64,000 bases of DNA from a virus (taxonomy: Duplodnaviria; Heunggongvirae; Uroviricota; Caudoviricetes), in IMG/VR virus record IMGVR_UViG_3300045988_155182. One strand, 5' to 3'. A program made the position numbers and the translations under genes. The stretch's first letter is position 1, and each line of letters opens with the position of its first letter. Shown piece by piece: positions 59,287 through 64,000 of the stretch. The notes beneath the pieces were generated by a model, which did no database searches, was not told the DNA's origin, and saw only the letters and a list, made by a program, of their open reading frames with translations.

Positions 59287-59706
59287 ATGTTTAGTGAAAT
59301 GTTGCTTGAAGATGAACTGGATCGGAAAACAACAGAGGCTTTGATTCGTGTAGCGGACGAACATTCCCGGTCGCTTATGAGCGATCGAGAGGCTCGTCTG
59401 GCTATTCGTGCCATATTCGAAACTGCGCAGGGGCTTGTTGGTACACAAGTGGGTGAAGCCATTAACATCGCCATGTCTCAGTTCAGTGAAGGCAGTAAAA
59501 AGCCTCTGTTTCCTATGCATTTGATGCTGGCTGGTGGCACGGTGCTTTATATCTCTGTTTGTCTGGATAGCAACCAAATCAATATTCTCAACACTGTGTC
59601 AGGTAAGTGGAAAGATCCGATTGTCTGTGAAACCAGTGAAGAAACTTTGAAAAAAGCGGCTCAATTTGTACGTAGCGCACTACTTAAGGGCGCTAAGAAG
59701 TTGTAA
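59287..59706 (+). CDS. Hypothetical protein
   Basis: 139-aa ORF with AAGGA RBS. Confidence 0.45.
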   Translation: MFSEMLLEDELDRKTTEALIRVADEHSRSLMSDREARLAIRAIFETAQGLVGTQVGEAINIAMSQFSEGSKKPLFPMHLMLAGGTVLYISVCLDSNQINILNTVSGKWKDPIVCETSEETLKKAAQFVRSALLKGAKKL

Positions 59707-59715
59707 GGAGTTCTG

Positions 59716-60273
59716 ATGACAACGATTGTTGCAGGCATCGATATCGAGTCTACGGGACTGGATTTCCTTGCTGGTCATAAAATTATTGAAATCGCAATTA
59801 CCCGCTATGAACTGGAGACACAGAGACATATTGATAGTCTGGAGATGCGTTTTAACCCTCGCAGAAACATAGATCCGAAAGCTCAAGCCGTTCATGGCAT
59901 TTCATTGGAACAGCTCGCAGCTGAACCTTTGTTGTCAAATCATGCCAGCGAAATTGGCGCTTATATGGGGGCATGTAGTGTGTGGGTTGCTCATAACGGC
60001 GAAGCATTTGATATACCATTTATTCGACACGAGTTTTCAGGGTATGGAGTAAGACTGCCAGAAGTTCCTGTTATAGATACTATGTTATCGGGATTGTGGG
60101 CCACAGAAGACGGTAAACGTCCCCGCCTTGAAGAGTTGGCCTTCTCTCTTGGCTTTATATACGATCATGCCAAAGCACATAGTGCCTTATATGACACAAA
60201 CTTAATGATGCAATGCTTCTTTAAGGCACGTAATAAGTACGGATTTTTTAAATTACCCTCTGAAATTGTGTAA
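59716..60273 (+). CDS. dnaQ: DEDD-family 3'-5' exonuclease (DnaQ/epsilon-like proofreading subunit)
   Basis: Exo I GIDIESTG, Exo II VAHNGEAFDIPF, Exo III HSALYD; AAGGAG RBS. Confidence 0.8.
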   Translation: MTTIVAGIDIESTGLDFLAGHKIIEIAITRYELETQRHIDSLEMRFNPRRNIDPKAQAVHGISLEQLAAEPLLSNHASEIGAYMGACSVWVAHNGEAFDIPFIRHEFSGYGVRLPEVPVIDTMLSGLWATEDGKRPRLEELAFSLGFIYDHAKAHSALYDTNLMMQCFFKARNKYGFFKLPSEIV

Positions 60274-60277
60274 AACA

Positions 60278-60315
60278 AAAGCCTACTTTAAAAAGTTTAA
60301 AGTAGGCTTTCTTTT
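60278..60315 (+). terminator. Rho-independent terminator
   Basis: aaagcctactttaa-...-ttaaagtaggcttt stem followed by a T-rich tract. Confidence 0.75.
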
Positions 60316-60431
60316 AAAGAACAGTCGCCTTTTAATCATTTCCTGCCTGTATTTAATACTTTTCCGCCTGATAGGTTTAGTCAAAATGTAGCCATCGAAA
60401 CGCAAATGTAACCAAACAGAAGGAGACTTAC

Positions 60432-61241
60432 ATGAGTTCGGTTGAAAATGTAATGACAAATGATGATCTGGACGAGCTGACAGCCATGTTGCAATCACTT
60501 GATGAACCAGTAAAAAAAGCTGCACAGGTTGAAAATACTGATGATATTGACGATCTGCTGCTCGGCCTAGATGCTGGCGTAGCCATGAGTTCTGATGATG
60601 TTGCCGAAGAACTGTTCAATGAAGAAAAAGCAGGTGATTTCAGCTCTGCTTTAAATGAGTTGGAGTTAGCGCATGAGCCTATAAACGTAATTAACGCTGA
60701 AAGTGTTGAAGCTGCCGAAAACGAGCCAGAACAATTGGGATTTATTGAGGTTGAAGAGTGTGTTGAGGTTAATGATGAATTAAAAGTTCAACAGTCAAAT
60801 GATAGCAATACAAATAAAAAAGCTCGTACTGCAAGAGGTCCTCGTTTTACTTTAAGTGATAAAGATGATTCGTTTTTCAATAAAGCGGGCTTAGAAAAAG
60901 ATATTTTCTTAGACGCTTACGATAACGCGCCTGTCAAAGCAAAGGATAAGATATTAAACCTTCTTAATTGGTTTAGCGGAGGTCCAGATATTAGTGTTTA
61001 CACGGTAATTTCCATGAGACACCTTCTCACAGAAAAGAAGGCTACAAGTAATAGTATTAAGATTGCTTTAATGAGCAATCCAGAAAAACCGTATCCGCTT
61101 AACACTGCGTCAACTCAGGCTGGGCAAATGATGGCTGTATTTCCAGCGACAGGAATTGCCGTTAGAGACGGTGGAAATCTAACATTGAACGAAGAATCAC
61201 CGATCGTTAAGAAGTTTGTCGCGGAGTACACTATTGGATGA
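60432..61241 (+). CDS. Hypothetical acidic protein
   Basis: 269-aa ORF with AGGAG RBS and a strongly acidic N-terminal third. Confidence 0.5.
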   Translation: MSSVENVMTNDDLDELTAMLQSLDEPVKKAAQVENTDDIDDLLLGLDAGVAMSSDDVAEELFNEEKAGDFSSALNELELAHEPINVINAESVEAAENEPEQLGFIEVEECVEVNDELKVQQSNDSNTNKKARTARGPRFTLSDKDDSFFNKAGLEKDIFLDAYDNAPVKAKDKILNLLNWFSGGPDISVYTVISMRHLLTEKKATSNSIKIALMSNPEKPYPLNTASTQAGQMMAVFPATGIAVRDGGNLTLNEESPIVKKFVAEYTIG

Positions 61242-61424
61242 CGTTCCCCTACTGAAAATAAAGCCCATAGAGAGCTTTATAGTGCTGGGCAAGCCAATCA
61301 CATACCCAGCACCACAAAAACGCGCCAGAGAGCTTCTCGTTTGCATTTCTGGCGTGTTTTATTTGATTGCCAGACATAAAATCAAATGCAAAAATAGGTA
61401 TTTACTTACCTATCGAGAAAGAAG

Positions 61425-62018
61425 ATGATTGCAGCCGAAAAAATCAAACAGCGAAAGCGCGACAACTCTCTTCGTGACCTCTGGAGAACACCTGACTGGC
61501 TGTTTTCTGCCATTCAACGTTATCTTGGGGTGACATTTGATGTTGACGTTGCCTGCAACAAGGACAATGCAAAGCTGCCTAATTTCATAGGCGTTGAGCG
61601 TGATGCTTTGAAATCTGAATGGGGACAGCCAGGTACAATTGCCTTCCTCAATCCCCCCTACTCCAAAATCTCCCCCTGGATTGATGCGGCTATACGTGAG
61701 CAGGCTCGCGGAGTTACAACAGTGATGCTAATTCCTCAATCCCTAGATACAAAGTGGTATGAGCGTGCAACAGAGTGTGCGAATGAGACGATTATTCTGT
61801 CTGGTGGCCGCGTAGCGTTTGTCGAGCCTGACGTCAATCTGGGTCAGGTAGAAGTAAACATCAACCCAGGTGGCAGTATGCTCGTTGTTTTTCGAGGATT
61901 CTGTCAGGACGCTGGGCACTCTATAAGCAAGATCCCTTTGGACGTCATGAAAAGTCTGGGAGGGTATGATCCTGCGAATGTGATCAGGAAAAAAAGACCA
62001 TCAAAGAAGGCTGCTTAG
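61425..62018 (+). CDS. DNA N6-adenine methyltransferase (phage Dam-like)
   Basis: Catalytic NPPY motif (LNPPYS) and WRTPDWLF block. Confidence 0.7.
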   Translation: MIAAEKIKQRKRDNSLRDLWRTPDWLFSAIQRYLGVTFDVDVACNKDNAKLPNFIGVERDALKSEWGQPGTIAFLNPPYSKISPWIDAAIREQARGVTTVMLIPQSLDTKWYERATECANETIILSGGRVAFVEPDVNLGQVEVNINPGGSMLVVFRGFCQDAGHSISKIPLDVMKSLGGYDPANVIRKKRPSKKAA

Positions 62019-62039
62019 TTTGTTCTGGCGTCTGTAATT

Positions 62040-62105
62040 AGCCTGCTTCTGTATATATAAATAACTACATATTAATTATTAATATACGGAAGCAGGCTGT
62101 TTTGT
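62040..62105 (+). terminator. Rho-independent terminator; stem nearly identical to the one at 16427
   Basis: agcctgcttc...gaagcaggct followed by gttttgt. Confidence 0.7.
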
Positions 62106-62203
62106 ATCAGAGACTCCAGACCTGAACATCACTACAGAATCCACTAGAACCCCTTCCCAGACGCTTTAAAATCGATTTTATGAATCACTTTAAGGAAACT
62201 AAC

Positions 62204-62434
62204 ATGTCATACCCGACTAATGTCGTTGCGCTCGTAGAGAGCGATTTTCTGGCCCAGGCCCGTGAAATGATGAAAGATCGCGAGCAGGCTTTCAACTTGT
62301 ACGAATGGGCAATTAAGTGCTTGCATCTTGGGGAGCATCGCGAACTTGTTGAACAGCTTTTAGGTGAGTTGATCAACGAGGTGTTTGCCTTGAATGTTCA
62401 ACTACATGGTCGAGAAAATAATCAATCGAAATGA
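62204..62434 (+). CDS. Hypothetical small protein
   Basis: AAGGA RBS 7 nt before the ATG at 62204. Confidence 0.4.
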   Translation: MSYPTNVVALVESDFLAQAREMMKDREQAFNLYEWAIKCLHLGEHRELVEQLLGELINEVFALNVQLHGRENNQSK

Positions 62435-63018
62435 TAGATAAGTACAAACTATTCATAAAGTGAATTGTAAGTGCTAAGATCTGATAGTTTCCAGTCGTAG
62501 ACTGGAGACTCGACCTGATGGGTGGGGGTAAGCGTCACTGGCGTCAGGTTTAAAAAAGCTCACTACCAGCGTAGAACCGGTGCCGTTTAGGTGTCGGGGA
62601 AGGGGGAACCAAAGTGAGCGGAGACAAGGGTCACTTTATGATTGTCGAGTCTGGGGTGTTTCGAGAGGTTGAATCCAGTACTCCCCTTCATAAAGTGTGG
62701 GAAGATCTCGGTTCTGGGGTGCTGTCATCCATAACTTCCCAAGTCTAAGCTGGCAGTAGACTTAGGCCATAACTTTTTCAGGTTATGAAACGACCAGGTT
62801 GGTGAGGGATTTTTATACTCACCTCCCTGGGAGAGTATTACCTGAAAAGACAACCTCTCACTTCGTTCGAGGTGAACTTCACTCACTTCGTTCGTTCAGT
62901 TCAGGTTTATAAAAACCTGTTCTGGGAAGTAATTTGTTTATTTTAATAATTATTAACACGCACGCGTGTGCGCACGCGCGAGGAAAAAATCGGCGCGGCG
63001 CTTGATTCAGGAGTTTAT

Positions 63019-63609
63019 ATGACGACGAAGACACCAGCCCGATCGCAAGAAAAAACTCGCAAAAAAGCCAAAAACAAAAATTCTCCCCGCACCAATTCCA
63101 CAACGCCTGTCGTAGAGTTCAATCCCCAGCTTAAAACCGTGAAAATCTTCAGTGATGGCTCTTGCCTTAAAAATCCGGGTGGCCCGGGCGGTTACGGTAT
63201 AGTTCTCCAGTATCGTGGTGAGGAACGCGAGTTCTCAGATGGTTTTCATAGCACCACCAATAACCGCATGGAGATGATGGGGGCACTTATCGGGCTGGAG
63301 CGTTTGAAATATCCATGCAACGTTATTTTGCACTCTGATAGCCAGTATCTGAAAAACGGCATGACACAGTGGATGAAATGGTGGAAACGCAATGGATGGG
63401 TGACTTCTGACAAAAAACCGGTAAAGAATGTTGATCTGTGGAAGCGTCTGGATGAGGCCGCAAGTCGACATAATGTTCGCTGGAAGTGGGTTAAAGGCCA
63501 CGCCGGGCATCGTGAAAATGAAATATGTGATCGACTCGCGAAGATCGCAGCTTTTTCCGCAGCAGATATGCCTCACAAGAAAGATATTGGTTTTGTTTAT
63601 AACAAATAG
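63019..63609 (+). CDS. rnhA: Ribonuclease HI
   Basis: AGGAG RBS before the ATG at 63019; [17 protein letters not shown]...[11 protein letters not shown]...SDSQYL...[15 protein letters not shown] matches RNase HI catalytic blocks. Track start at 62968 is an in-frame extension through an alternating Pu-Py tract. Confidence 0.9.
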   Translation: MTTKTPARSQEKTRKKAKNKNSPRTNSTTPVVEFNPQLKTVKIFSDGSCLKNPGGPGGYGIVLQYRGEEREFSDGFHSTTNNRMEMMGALIGLERLKYPCNVILHSDSQYLKNGMTQWMKWWKRNGWVTSDKKPVKNVDLWKRLDEAASRHNVRWKWVKGHAGHRENEICDRLAKIAAFSAADMPHKKDIGFVYNK

Positions 63610-63757
63610 TAAGTAAGTGTTTACCTATCATTTTAAATCATGTATCTTATCGGCGTCAGGATGACAATGTGTCGGTAAGACACAGTTCCAGGATGGAACG
63701 AGAAAGGCGGCTGGCAATCGCCAGCCGCAACTCTTTCTGACACTGGATGGAGTCCAC

Positions 63758-64000
63758 ATGGCACGTCAAACCTATTTCACTTCTGCAACTAAACGTCCTC
63801 GTTCTTTACGTCAAATTTTGGCCGAATTGTTTAGCGGTCGTGTTATGTCACGTCTTGATGAACTAGAGACTACCGTTCGGTTGCTGAATGAACGTTTAGA
63901 TAATCAAGCGTCAGTTGTTGCGAACGTGGGGGCGATTGTTGCCTCTGGTTCTTCACGCGAAGCGAAAAGTACACGGCCTTTAGTGAAGGAGAAAAACAAC
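63758..64000 (+). CDS. Hypothetical protein, 3' end beyond the window
   Basis: ATG at 63758 opens a frame that runs to the window edge. Confidence 0.3.
   Translation, partial: MARQTYFTSATKRPRSLRQILAELFSGRVMSRLDELETTVRLLNERLDNQASVVANVGAIVASGSSREAKSTRPLVKEKNN

Noticed and set aside
62440-62990. Retron-like msr/msd ncRNA
   Set aside because: Structured and G-rich, but no reverse transcriptase gene is present in the window; left as an unclassified structured region.
63684-63730. Terminator after rnhA
   Set aside because: Two hairpins are present (gttcca/tggaac and ggcggctggc/gccagccgc), but neither is followed by a clear T-run; too weak to call.

Overview
This 64-kb window reads as one contiguous stretch of a tailed, temperate-looking phage genome that also carries plasmid-maintenance functions. 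My best inference, from memory and not verified, is an SSU5/pHCM2-like phage-plasmid of Enterobacteriaceae. Left to right: a lambda-like tail tip (5'-truncated J-like central fibre with an expanded coiled-coil repeat stalk, Stf-like side fibre, Tfa) with a macrodomain gene inserted at the stf-tfa junction; a lysis cassette (holin candidate, endolysin candidate, Rz with embedded Rz1); a GNAT-toxin/DUF1778-antitoxin pair; a ParA/RHH partition pair; an A+T-rich two-gene island (DUF2971-like protein plus a 390-aa unknown), which is my top candidate for an undescribed defence or accessory system; DnaB-like helicase, primase, ATP-dependent ligase; tRNA-Asn/Thr/Ser; an A+T-rich ORF with an HEPN-type Rx4H motif; glutaredoxin; a tyrosine recombinase beside a lox-like 13-7-13 site; an XRE regulator; a CobT/CobS-like vWA/AAA pair; a DnaE-type polymerase; CspA; gp32-like SSB; flap endonuclease; RecA; an SPFH lipoprotein pair; an iteron/RepA replicon with DnaA boxes and a GATC cluster; SbcCD; a RuvC-like resolvase; NrdAB; thymidylate synthase; DHFR; a P-loop kinase; a DnaQ-like exonuclease; an N6-adenine methyltransferase; RNase HI. 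Dispersed intergenic palindromes and a conserved translation-initiation motif recur throughout. All calls rest on reading the sequence and on remembered motifs; no database search was run.
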